Assembly: GCA_021432655.1 (NCBI GenBank)
Contig: MU271329.1
Coordinates: 62,001 to 91,203, forward strand
Direction of reading: 5' to 3'
Source of the DNA: Atractiella rhizophila
Taxonomy: Eukaryota
DNA: 29,203 nt
Shown: one piece after another, positions 1-11,520 of the stretch
Position numbering within the stretch: position 1 is the stretch's first letter
How the letters are laid out: each line of letters starts with the position of its first letter
Made by a program: the position numbers and the translations under genes
The notes under the pieces: model-generated
What the model was told of the DNA's origin: nothing
Databases searched by the model: none
Seen by the model: only the letters and a program-made list of their open reading frames with translations

Positions 1-11
1 AAAGAACTCAC

Positions 12-995
12 GAGTTTAATCCCATCCTCCAAAGCGGCCTGCTCCTCCTTCGACCACCTCCTCTTCGCTTTCGCGCTCCCCATCATTCCCATACCTCCAA
101 CACCACCCATACTCATTCCACCACCTCCCATCCCTCCAGCGACACCACCGTTAACGGGATCACCATACCACATATCCTGACCCTGACCTACATCCCCCTC
201 TGCAGCGACCGTATTGGCAGTGGGAGTGTGAGGGGGAAGGTGCATCTGCAACTGAGGATCGATCACGTTCTGGCTCGCGTTTGCGGCCGCATTCGCATTC
301 GAATTCAGGTTCAAGTTCGAGTTCGAGTTCGAGGTGTGGTTTGAGGAGTTGATGGGCAGCCCGAAGGAGGGGAAGCGCATCCCTCGACTCCTACCCCCTC
401 CGCCTGCTCCGAGAAAGGTCGCTGGTTGGAGGGGCACGAATGGTTGGTTTTGAAGGTGAGCGAGCGATGGAGAGGGAGGTGGGTAGTTTGATGACGCTTG
501 AGTGGGAGGAGGATGGTACGTCGAAGTCGACGGCGTGGACGATGAGGTGGATGCGGACGCGGACGTGGATGCGGCGGTTAAGGTTGAGTTTGGTGCAGCA
601 TTTGGAGTTGTAGCGGAGGAAGAGGAGGAAGAGCCGAAGAAGCGTGGGGAGAGGATGGCCGACAGCCGTTGGTTGATCGTCCCACCTCCTCCGCGAGTTG
701 CTGTTGCTGCCGTTGTCGTTGCTCCGAAAGGAATGGCGTTCGTGGAAGGAGAGGAGAGCGTGACTGGATCGTGGATGAAGTTGGGGCCGCCTGAGGATGT
801 CCGCTTGCGAGATGAGCGCGACGATCTCTTTGTCGGCTGTTGGTGTTGCGCAGCGGACGTAGGCGAGAGCGGAGGAGGGGGAGGGGAGGACATGACGACC
901 TCGGTCGGAACGAGGCTGGGGATAGGGTGGGAAGTGGGAGTGCAGGTAGAATTGGAGGTGGTGGTTGGAAGATGATCTCCTTCCATCGTGATCAT
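12..995 (-). CDS. Myb/SANT (telobox-like) DNA-binding protein, first exon; gene continues off the left edge
   Basis: Open minus-strand frame from ATG 995 (alternative ATG 986, MEGDHLPTT...) to a GTGAGT donor at 11. A long S/T/P/N/G low-complexity region is followed by KAKRRWSKEEQAALEDGIKL, the first helix of a Myb repeat. The ORF track missed it because no stop lies inside the window. Confidence 0.75.
289..332 (+). repeat. Degenerate hexamer repeat (GCATTC/GAGTTC)n inside the Myb exon, encoding an Asn-X tract
   Basis: gcattc gcattc gaattc aggttc aagttc gagttc gagttc reads NSNSNLNLNSNANA on the minus strand. Confidence 0.6.
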
Positions 996-3900
996 GGATG
1001 TGGATGCCTCCTCGAACGCCTCCAAATAGTCATCAACTCACCAAACCGTACCGCTCCAATGATCCAATGTAATGTACTATACACCGAACAGGCACACGTA
1101 TCAATCTCGGATCTAGTCTAATGTGCCGTTCATCCCCTTCCCTTCTTTCTTCCTTCCTCCGTCTGATATGAGGTGATCAGACGTTATCGAGAGGACCTCA
1201 GATGTCGTAAAGCGTTCGTTAATTGTCAGACGATGACCTCAGCAAACACAAAGTGGGAACATGGTACAGGCTGGGGCTGAGGGCGAGAACGTCGAGAGGG
1301 GAAGTAGAAGAAGATGTGGATGTGGAAGTTGATTGCATTCACTTTTCACAAAGCAAGATTACTCGGTAGTCACAACTCAATTGCTATCCCGTCCTACGCA
1401 TACTCCTATTCTTCTTCCATTCTACCCACAACCTAGGTACAGCAATCTCACAAAAAAGCAAACAGAAAAGCATAGCATCAGCACGTCCCTTTCAAACGTC
1501 AAACTCAGTCGACATGTCACGCACAAAACCGTGTCAAAATTGAAGCCATGTCGGTTTGGTTTGTTGATGTTGAGCCGAACAAGGTTGAACGCTTTTGGGC
1601 ACCCCCGCGTGTCTCTCACGTGTGTTATGATTTCGACGCTTTGGGACATTCAATTGCACCATCCGAAGGGAGCAGATTTGAGCAGATTGCATATCGGTGC
1701 CCCAATTCTTTCCTTCCTTCGCGGACCTGGCATATATGAAATGAAGCAGTCTGGCGTGTCCTCCAATTACTTGCACGATATGGGCCTCAGGACGTAGCGA
1801 GGATGGAGAGGTGAGATTCACAGTTGGCAGAGCAAACGTAGGCTGAGATGATGATGATTGAAGTCCCGTCACGTGTGAGTCAGTTCTCATATTGGACTGG
1901 GGTAAAGTGAAGCGAGAGGAAGGGTTCAAACTGGCCGTTCTCATTCCCGCCTATCACAGTCACGGTCACGGAAGCAGCAGAAAAGGGGGTAGGGTGCTGC
2001 TCTATAATCGATACCGTCCGAGTACCACACTACTACTTCTTAGAGCTTCGTTCTTCATTCTTCAAGCCAAACTTCAGGTTCCAGTAGCAACGTGCGACGG
2101 ATGAGTTGCAAGCTCTAGCTGCTCTGAAGTTGCGAAGCATGCACCCCCTTCCCTTCATGCTTCGATTCGAGCTTAGTTGTAAAGGGATCAACGTTGTTTT
2201 TCACTACGATGGCTACAGAAGCCTTTTCTTGACTTTGATGGTCTGTATCGATGGCTGTAGAGGAGGGATCGAAGTGGGTTGACAAAGTACTGTGGAGCTC
2301 AAGACTGTGATGCCCCCACCTAAATTTAAAAGTTGACTCGCAAGCTGTACCGAATTGATTGCGGTAATTCCGCCCATATCAAGCTATTTCTCAAGGACAA
2401 GCTTCTTTTTGGTGTGGCATGGGAACACGATGTTGAGAAATTCTGCCTGGTCATTTTGATTTGGCAAGGTCAGTGATATATGATCGAAGTTATCCTTGTT
2501 GCGTACGACATCTGAGCAGTTTATCTGTTGATGCTGAAATTCATCTTCGAAATTTCGAAGTTTAGTTCTGATGTGAGATAGATACGAGTCCTCCATTCGC
2601 GATAGACTTGTAAAGTATCGAAACTGAAGCGCCATCTGCTGCCTTGTGTAACAACATACTGCGTGATTTAACTGGTAGGGAGATACTTTCAACTACCATC
2701 CTGTACCTTTTTCGAATTTCGGGTCAAATTAAATGTCTTGCGGGGCCATAGAAGCAATTTCTCACACAAGTGAAGGTGAAATCGGTTGTTGACAACTATC
2801 AGATGCCTTGTTGTCCACATCTCGATCAGTCATTGTATCTTGTTGCGTTTGCTTGTGATCAAAACAACACTGCGATAATCAAGCCGAATCTAATGAGCGT
2901 GGTATTTGGCTTTACTTCTAGCGTGAAGACCCTTGTACAATTATTAGTCTCGTTGCCCAATTTTCGTGTTCTCGGATTCCAGCGGGCGGTCGGATCTCAC
3001 CTCCGCGCCACGTTTTCCTCGATCATCCAACATTCCAATTGAATCATTGTGTTTTCAAGGTTATTCCGTGAACCCAGCTTGCGGAAGAAGGCTCTGTTTG
3101 CAGCAGCCTTCGAAGAAGCATAAAAGGCGCTGACTCCGTTCTGTCCTCCCATCTTTCCCTCACTTTTGTAAGCCCTAACATTCAAGCACATCTTTCGTAC
3201 CTTTACAACATCTGTTACGATACCATGTCTTTCGTCACTTTCGTCCCCAAATGTGGATCGAGCATCACCAGCTCTCCAAGGGATTATATCTACGATGGGT
3301 CGCAGAACCCTCAAATGTATCGCAAAGAAACCCTCGGGCAAACATTCAAGAAGTTCATGGTACTTATTCCTGTTCTCCTCCCTTTTTTCCGCACTAAGGT
3401 GGCTGGGTCTGCTCTAGAGCACAAAATCTTCGCCACAGCCTAATTGGCAGAGCGCAGACTTTTATCCTCAATTGGACGAGCAACTGAGGGCCTTCTCATT
3501 CGATGAGGATGAGAAGACGTCGATGGGGAGGGGACGAGATGCGAGTTCGTCTCTGAAGAAGTAATTATTGGTGCGTTTTGTCAATTGCCCTTAGGGATGG
3601 GAAGGTTGACGCGCCGTCCCTTTGTCACAGCCGACGCACACTTTCGTCGTTCATACGCAGCGGTGGTTCACACCATCTGCTTGATTTGAAGATAGAGTTG
3701 GGTTCAGAATGGTTCTCTCAAGCCTCGCATTCGTACCTTGTTGGCAGTCGCATCGCATCTCGTTCTTCGTTCCTCGTTCTTCAATCCTCATGTTCTCCAT
3801 GCATGTCATGTCTCTATATCCTTCATAATGAGTGTACCTCATATATCCTCGCGCAATGCCTATGATATTCTGTCATCACCTCGTCCAGTTCCAGCTACCT

Positions 3901-4310
3901 TAGTCTCTCCCTCCGACTTGCACCATAAAGCAAATGTTTCGTATTTCCTGCGGACAAGCTGTTTTACCTCTCCTTTCCTTCGGCGTCTTCGACGTTCCCT
4001 GCCGCCGTCGTGATGCGCCAAGGGTTCTCCTGAATTGCTGCAGCCTGCGGCAAATGTTGTACAGACCGTCTGACCTTTCCCTCCCTTCAATCGTGAGTGC
4101 TACGACACCTGCGCCGCTGCTCGCAGGCGAAATGCCGCTTCTAGGTCCATCGAATGAAGAGCCTGTGATTGGACGACAGCCGATGATCGACAGTGCGTGT
4201 GCGCGTAGTCGAGGAGAGGATGGCGTATAAAGAGAGCGTAGCTGAGGATGGATCCAAAAAAAGCTGTTTTACGCTGAAGTACACACAAGAGAGAGGTTTC
4301 GACATCCAAA

Positions 4311-6017
4311 ATGGTCAAAGCAACTTTGTTTCTGCCTATCTTTGTCATTTCACTCGCTTCTCGAGCTTTCGGTAAGTGCTGTTGCTGTCTGAGTTGTACG
4401 GGACGAACGCTGATTCTATTTTCTACCTGCTAGCTCATCCGGGAGAAGAACACGATGAGCAGTCGGAGGAGTATTTGATGCGAAGAAGCCTGTCCGTTCT
4501 CAAAGCGAGAAATTGCGACGTGCACGTTGCAAAGTTCCTGGCCGCTAGGAAGGCGAAGAGATCTTTGGACAACCTTCAAAAACGCCAGGCTACATCTACG
4601 TCTTCCGCTGCTGCTCCTCACTACACTTCTATTCAAAACGTGAGTGTTTATCAAACTTGCAACTGCCAGATTGCCTGAAAGAGCCTATCCCGATGACAGA
4701 CTACTTGTATCACCTCACCAGAAGTCACTGAAGGACCGTATTACATCAACGATGAGGTGAGTGAACTTCCTCGTTTTTAGGCTCGGGATCTGATCAGAAA
4801 TACTTTCTCGCCGTAGCTCGTCCGTCAAGATGTGAGAGATGGTCAGGAAGGAAACGCCCTTATAATCGACATCGGAATCCTGTGTGTTTCTTCAATATCG
4901 TGGGTAGTCGGCAAAGCTGACTGAAACTAAAGGGACACATCGACGTGCAAGCCACTCAGCAATGCTTACGTCGAAATATGGTCCGCAAACGCAACGGGGT
5001 CATATGCTGGTAAGCAGCACTATCCCAAGTCCCGCGATCTTGGATGTTGAAATGTGGCGTCAGGCTTCACTTCTGCGAATGCTGCCGGATCAGGAGGAGA
5101 CGGAACACCGACTGGAGTGAATATGACGACTCCAGACGCTGGCACGGGGACGAATGCAACGGTTCCTACAAATGGCACCGCTGGAGGAGGAGCTGGTATG
5201 AGCGGATCAATGTCTGACTTCCTCACCTTTGGAAGAGGAGGATGGTTTACGGGAGAAGGAGGAGTCGTTGAAATGAGTTTGTCATTTCGCTCTTGCTCTC
5301 CACCATGGAGCTAACGGACAGTCGTGTAGCAACGAACTTTCCTGGGTTTTATACGGGTCGAACCACGCATATCCACCTCATGGTTCGAACAGATTATGAA
5401 GTCAACGCTAATGGAACGATCAGCTCTAGAGCTGGTACGTTATATTCTGAACCCTAGATTTCGCAACTGACTGAGAATGAGACAGGCTCGTTACACCACA
5501 TTGGGCAAATGTTCTTCGACCAGACGCTTCAAGAGCAAGTACAGTCGGAATATCCGTACAACACGACCACGCAAACTCGTACCACGAATGACAACGATAG
5601 TATCATGGCACAAGAGCAGGTGAGTTTGAAATCCAATCGCCCACAGCACAATTAAATACGGATGCGTATTCAGGAAAACGGGTACTCTGCTATTATCCAA
5701 ACAGAATTCATTAACGGCGTGGATATCTCTGACGGTTTGTACGGCTATATAAGTAAGCCACGTCGTCTCTCCATCCCCGAAATTGTATTGATAGATGGAT
5801 GCGAAAAGCTGTGGGAGTCGACTCCACGAGCGAATACAGTGTCACTTCGAACAACTTTGCATCCATCATTGACTCAGAAGAGCTCGCATCCGCTTCTGCC
5901 GCTTGGAACTCCATAAGTTCTGGCGTCTCGCAGGGGTCGTCAGCTCAGGAAACGAGCGCTGCAACTTCTAATTCGGCAGGCTCTCAGCGATTCGCGAAAT
6001 GGTGGGATCTTCTCTAG
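4311..6017 (+). CDS. Secreted intradiol ring-cleavage dioxygenase-like protein (fungal aromatic compound dioxygenase family), about 10 exons
   Basis: Signal peptide MVKATLFLPIFVISLASRAF-AHPGE and a KR site (LQKRQ). Motifs: CITSPEVTEGPYYINDELVRQDV; DIGILDTSTCKPLSNAYVEIWSANATGSY; RGGWFT; FPGFYTGRTTHIHLMV (Tyr/His/His iron ligands); HIGQMFFD. GT..AG introns join the frames. Stop at 6015-6017. Confidence 0.9.
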
Positions 6018-6682
6018 TGAAGGGAGATTGCGTCCAATGGATACACGATTGGTTGCAACGTATTTCGTATCGCAGAGTAGTGGACAATCAATGTATGAGA
6101 TTGTATGTTAGGCTCAGGTTTTACGATGCTATACGATTGAATAATTCCAAATGTCCAAAGCTTCAGCTCCGTAGCGTTCCAAGCTTGACAGAGTCCGGTG
6201 CTCGAATAGTGAAAATCTCGAAAGGAAAAGGCAACAGACGTTCAAGTCTAATCTCTTTGCAGTCCACGAGCTGGCTGTATTCATACACAACTCTCCTCTC
6301 CTCTCTCGAGCCGACACAAAGAATGGCACAGCGAAGACACCTTCTGGGGAAATAGGTATAAAACTTATCATTCACAACAAAGCAGAGAATTGTAAATCTG
6401 AAGTATCGGAGAATCAAGTCGAAGTCGAAGCCGTAACAAAATGAATGACTCGGATCGGATGTGGGATATGAATCTGAAATCCCGTGGTATACGGGCGGAT
6501 AACGGCTGTATGTAGGGATGCGAGGAGTTGTGAATGGGACATGATTACGGTGTGCTAAGAGCCGTTGGCCGGGCGAGATAAGGAGGAAAGTACACAGAGG
6601 GGATCCATAGGATCTTAACTATTGATAAAGTCATACATAAGTATTTTAAATGTTGGTAGAGCTGGAATTATACCTCACGCGA

Positions 6683-7627
6683 TCAGAGTGTTCTGACGGG
6701 AGTAAAGGCCGATGTGTTCGGTGATGCTCCCACAGGCTGAAGATTTGTTGGAGAACCCGTGTTGGTTGTTGGGCTAGCGACTGGACCTGTTGCGAAACAG
6801 ATGGTTTGCGGACAGGAAGAGCTGGCAGCTGGTCCAGCGGTGTTTGTCGAACTTTTATTGTCGTTCGACTTTGACTGTGTGATTGCGACTGGAACTGCGA
6901 CGGCGACGGCAACGATGAGGAGACCGGCGACGATGGCCAGGATGATGAGAGGGCGTTTGAACCATGGCTTTCTCCGTGATCCTGATTCCAGAATGGTTCC
7001 ATCTACATCACGCGGCCTCCGCGTTTTGGGAGGGCCAGGCACCTTCTCCGAAAAGGAAGAAACTCTCTCCCCGTTGCTGGCTGGAAACTGAGCGTACCCC
7101 TCTGGAGTGACCCGTCCGCCTAACGAAGAGTAAACTCCTCTGCCATCTCCTAGGTGAGCGCTACCTCTCTGGGAGTGTCCACTTAGGTCCCCTGATCCAG
7201 CTAGCTTGTCTGTCGAACTTCCACGCGAAGGATGCGGATGATGGGACATTCCCGTTGGGTGCCGGGGTGGTGCTGCACCAGGAGGCATCGAAGCAGCTAC
7301 ACCAGCAACGGCAGAAGAATAGTTGGAACCGGTGGGAGACGCAACACGCATTCCAGGGAGGGGAGGAGCGGGACCACCGTGAGGGTAGTCATTGGAGGAG
7401 TGTTCTGTATGGGAGTGCGAGGCTTCGGTTTTGGTTGTGCGATGTCGATGGAGGAGCGATTCGTCGTACCCAGCTTGGCGCTGTTCGTTCGAGACCTCTG
7501 GAGCTCTCGCCAATAGATCCGCATCGAATTCTCCCCCGCTACCAAGCGGACGTGTGGAAGAATAGCCAGACTCCATTGTGGATTGGGGTGATGGAGTGAC
7601 ACCAGCGGGAAGGGGTCGAGGAGGCAT
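6683..7627 (-). CDS. Hypothetical Pro/Ser/Gly-rich single-pass membrane protein
   Basis: Long open frame with first ATG at 7627 (MPPRPLPAG...). Basic stretch RRKPWFKRP, then hydrophobic LIILAIVAGLLIVAVAVAVPVAIT, then an S/T/P-rich tail with a Cys pair (CPQTIC). A short 3' intron could alter the last residues. Confidence 0.75.
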   Translation of the reverse strand: MPPRPLPAGVTPSPQSTMESGYSSTRPLGSGGEFDADLLARAPEVSNEQRQAGYDESLLHRHRTTKTEASHSHTEHSSNDYPHGGPAPPLPGMRVASPTGSNYSSAVAGVAASMPPGAAPPRHPTGMSHHPHPSRGSSTDKLAGSGDLSGHSQRGSAHLGDGRGVYSSLGGRVTPEGYAQFPASNGERVSSFSEKVPGPPKTRRPRDVDGTILESGSRRKPWFKRPLIILAIVAGLLIVAVAVAVPVAITQSKSNDNKSSTNTAGPAASSSCPQTICFATGPVASPTTNTGSPTNLQPVGASPNTSAFTPVRTL

Positions 7628-8148
7628 GATGAGCTGAAGTGGTCGAAGTGGGCGACGGGGTAGAAATGGACGCAAGTGGGTCTGAGGGTAGAAAAATGGA
7701 TTAAGAGGTTCCCTCTCGGGAAATGTTCAAGCAATCAACGAGGAAGGCTATGCACCGCATCCAGTCCACGACCGTTCAGCTGGAAAATTCAGAGACGCAC
7801 CTGTGGGACTTATCAGCACATTTAGGCTACTCTGAAGGCTCCTGGCTTCTCTAAATGTCGTCTCAGGCTGAAGGGGAGGTCGTTGTTGAGATTTGGCAAT
7901 TTGTCGTGCTAAAAGCTGGAGGCATGCTTGGATCGGATATATCTAATCCGAGGAGATCGAAGGCCGGGCAGGTTCGGACTAACATCGCAAACAGCAGTGA
8001 ACACACACCCATCCTGCTCACTCCATGTCCGAATTGTTTTCCCACTGTTGGTTCATGTACTTCCCTCATGTGAATTGGGCTTTCAAAACGAGCAGGATCT
8101 TATTATTGAAGGGGCAATTTTTACAAATACGACATCCGTTTAAGTTGT

Positions 8149-9289
8149 TTACACATATTTCTTGAACCAATCGACAGTTTGCTGCAATGCCTTCTCAAAT
8201 CCCTTCTTTTGCTCTTCATCGCTCAAGTCTGGTCTCGCAGCAAAACCTGTTAATAATACGTCAGGCTTGCATCAGTTACGAAAGAGAGAGCAACAACAGA
8301 CCATGATTGCAACCGTCATAGATCTTCAACTCCGACTCCACATCGAGCGACTTTAAGACTTCCTGAATGGCATCCCTCTCCTTATTCGACAGAACGTAGT
8401 CCTCTTCTCCGCAAGCAAAGCTCAGAGGGACCTTAGCCTTCTTTATCATCTCCGCTGACACCTTCCCTCCCGGATGGCACAGCACAGCGCATTTTATAAG
8501 GTTTGGATCCTGGGCAGCGAGACCACAGAAGTGGGCTCCTAAGCAGTAACCGACGATGCCCACTGTTTGGACCCCTCGCTTCTCCTTGATTTCTTTTATG
8601 GTCTGCAGAAGGATCAGGTTCACCACTTGAAGTCGCACTGTAAGACCAGGGAGAAGAGACTCACGTCTTCGTATCGCTTGAACATCACGTCGTAGTCCAT
8701 CCTAGTCATAACACCGATGGCGCCGGCAGAAACGAGTTTGTAAACGTTCGCCGTCGTTCCCTTGATGGAAGAGACCAGTCCATGTTTCTTGTAAGGTTTC
8801 GGAGCAGGCTCCATCGACTTGACATAGTCGCCTAACAGGGCATCAGGGACGAAGACTTGCATCCCCGTTTCTCTCGAGAGGATGTCAGCGATGATCTTCG
8901 GGTTCACGACGTAGAAACCTGGTCGGTAAATTGAGCTTGTTCCTGGATCGACATGTGCATAGGGAAGTACGGACCAAAAATGTCGTAGCCGCTGCACACA
9001 CTATCGCTTCAGCGATAGCTGACCGAAAAGAGAAAGTTGCGCACACGATAATCGCCTTGGTGGTCTGTGGTGCCGCCGGTGCGACATAACAGTCGATACC
9101 TGCAATCTTCTCCATCGTACCTACAACTCCTATGTGAGCTAGGATCATGGATAGACGAAGGAGGTACCTTCGGGTTCTCCAGAGATCACTCCACCCTTGA
9201 AACCTAAGACCGAAATGGACCTCAATATATCATACTAAAGTGCGGGAAGGAGAAAAGAAGTGCGCACAATCAGCACAAAATTCGACCAT
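8149..9289 (-). CDS. Dienelactone hydrolase family (alpha/beta hydrolase), multi-exon with micro-exons
   Basis: Spliced model: MVEFCADCFKGGVISGEPEG...GIDCYVA...GYDIFGFYVVNPKIIADILS...VFVPD...GIVGYCLGA (nucleophile Cys)...HPG...PLSFACGEED...YDGCNHGFAARPDL...TVDWFKKYV*. The Cys-Asp-His triad is present. Stop at 8149-8151. Confidence 0.92.
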
Positions 9290-10353
9290 GTCGCTCTAAC
9301 TAGTAACTGTCACAGATCCTGAAGAGGTGAGAATGGGAAGAAGGGACAATCCCTCCCATCCTTTTATTGTGACACCCGTGCGGAGCTGGCGGGGAGTTGG
9401 TTTCTGTCCAGGAGCTAAATTGGGACATTGGATTGGAGGCAGCGGGTACGCAGTTTTGGGCGGCTGCTGCCACCCAAAGTAGCTTGGCGGTTCGAAAAGA
9501 CGAGTTGGGACTGACAGAACAGTTGTTAAACCTAGTTGGACAGCTAAACCTCCCCTCGCTGATTCTGGCTTGTGACTCGTGTCGCTCAGTTCAGAAATGT
9601 ATGGTGAATGGTGTGGCGGCTTAAGCTGCTTTAGTTCGACCTCTTCATCCCAAATGCCCTGAAAATGCTTGAAATGACGCCGTCCAAAAGAAACATCTTT
9701 CATTTCTTCATGACTGTCGGAACAAACTTTCAAGAACTCAATTGACTACCCAGTTAGGTCACTGCCAGAGTTTATTTCCCTGTAAATGGAATTTTATGCA
9801 GTGGTATCTGCTATCTTATCATAAACGCGGTTTTGCTCGTCCTCCGTCGTTTCTTCTCCAGGTGATTCACTGAGAACGATCCGAAAGTGACCAAAGTCCT
9901 CCACAATCCCCTTGCAATAACGTACTCCAATGAGCCGCACGTGGTATAATTCGAGGGACAAGAGTCTTGCAACTGCAAGAGCGAGAGAACGTTTTGTACT
10001 GTCCACAACCTGAAATATAAAGTTACAAGGATATCAATGTTGTCGCAGATTGAACCTTGTTTGCCTTCTGGGAAATGTAAACCTTGTCTAATGTTAGGAT
10101 TCGGTTCCGGAGAAAAGGATTGCATTGTCTCACATCCTGTCTCATATCTTCAATACGACACTTCATAGGGTCGCCTTGTGGATCACGGCTTGCTTACAAC
10201 TTGTTCTTCCCCTGCTTCGTCACTGATACGAGTACGACTCTCGAATTGGATTGACCGACTCCTGCTTTCTCTTTCCGGAGGCTTCTGCCTCTGAGTATAT
10301 CGTACAAATTGGATTTTGTCCTTGAAGCAGCGAGCCAAAATGGAACGATTGTG

Positions 10354-11095
10354 ATGGAGGTCCGTCCAGCTTCGAAGTGTTCCCCTGCACGAATACCTCC
10401 AGCCTTCATCTCATCGACATTTGGATGGACAGGAACCCTCCGCGCAATCTCAAGTCGATTCTCCCTCCGACACCGCTTCCACCCGCCCCAAAAGCTCCAG
10501 CGACTGTTCGCCCACTGGGAAGACCGTCATCCAGAGTCTCACGCCAGGCGACCACTTCACACTTGCCATCCAGACTCCTCTCCCCCACTCCTCGTCTGGC
10601 GGCTCCACTACCCAAGTCCCCAACACTGTCCGTGCAGACAAGATCCCTCCCCTTGATAACACGAACACATCCACTCCTGGGAGGAGGAAGTTCGAATTCG
10701 TCTACCCGCGCATGCAGGGATCCAGACAGGATCGCTTCCTAGCCACAGTTCAATTGAGAACCTACCGAGCTCTGAATCACACGCAGTCGAAGGAAAGAGA
10801 TGAATATCATCCCTTCAATATTGTCGGGAATTGTCCTGTGACGACCATACGATTCAGTAACTCATCAAGTGGTCATGGTGGGCTTGGTATGACTGGGAGG
10901 AATCAACAGCCGATCACGACTGAGAATATGAAGAAATTTGCGGAGAAATATGGGACGGAGAGGTATAGGGATAGAAAGAAGAGAGAGGTGATGATTGAGT
11001 GGGAGGGGAGGAGCAAGAGAAAGGAGAATGTGGAGAAGTCTTATTCTCTAATTTTCGACCAGCTGGACCATCACCATCGCCAACAATCCACATGA
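10354..11095 (+). CDS. Hypothetical protein (~230 aa)
   Basis: 224-codon open frame 10421-11095 with protein-like composition. The probable start is ATGGAG at 10354, followed by a short GTCCGT..CCAG intron that joins in frame (MEPSSHRHLDGQEP...). No family recognised. Confidence 0.55.
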
Positions 11096-11520
11096 GTTCA
11101 ACATTGAATGGTCCTTCTTGAACCCGCACCCAACTGTATTGTGTAACCGTTTTTTCTTCTCAAACTGGTAGTACTAGTAGTGCCTTTGTTTCAGTTTTTT
11201 GTGCTGGAAGTTACAACTTTCGTCATTTCATTTCCATCTTCACAAAATACAGACATTCGTGGTCATTTTCACCGTGATTTGATCACGTGCCTGTCGCATA
11301 TTTCACTGTACTTATTCTGACAATATCTGCTCAAACTAGTGCCTGTTCCTCATCTTCTTTATCAAAATTCCAACGTATACTAGCGCAGACAGTCAAACCC
11401 AGAGGAGAGTTCTGAAAATCGCAGTAGTAGTCCATACATTCGCATTTATCAAGACCTCACAAATCTAAACCTATTTACACGACAGAAACAGGTAATCTTC
11501 TTGATCTTCATTGAAAATAT

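Noticed and set aside
502..975. 157-aa plus-strand ORF
   Set aside because: It is the antisense shadow of the low-complexity Myb exon.
9296..10125. Chain of minus-strand ORFs upstream of the dienelactone hydrolase
   Set aside because: Interrupted by stops, with no consistent splice model or recognisable motif. It could be a relic, but I cannot support that.
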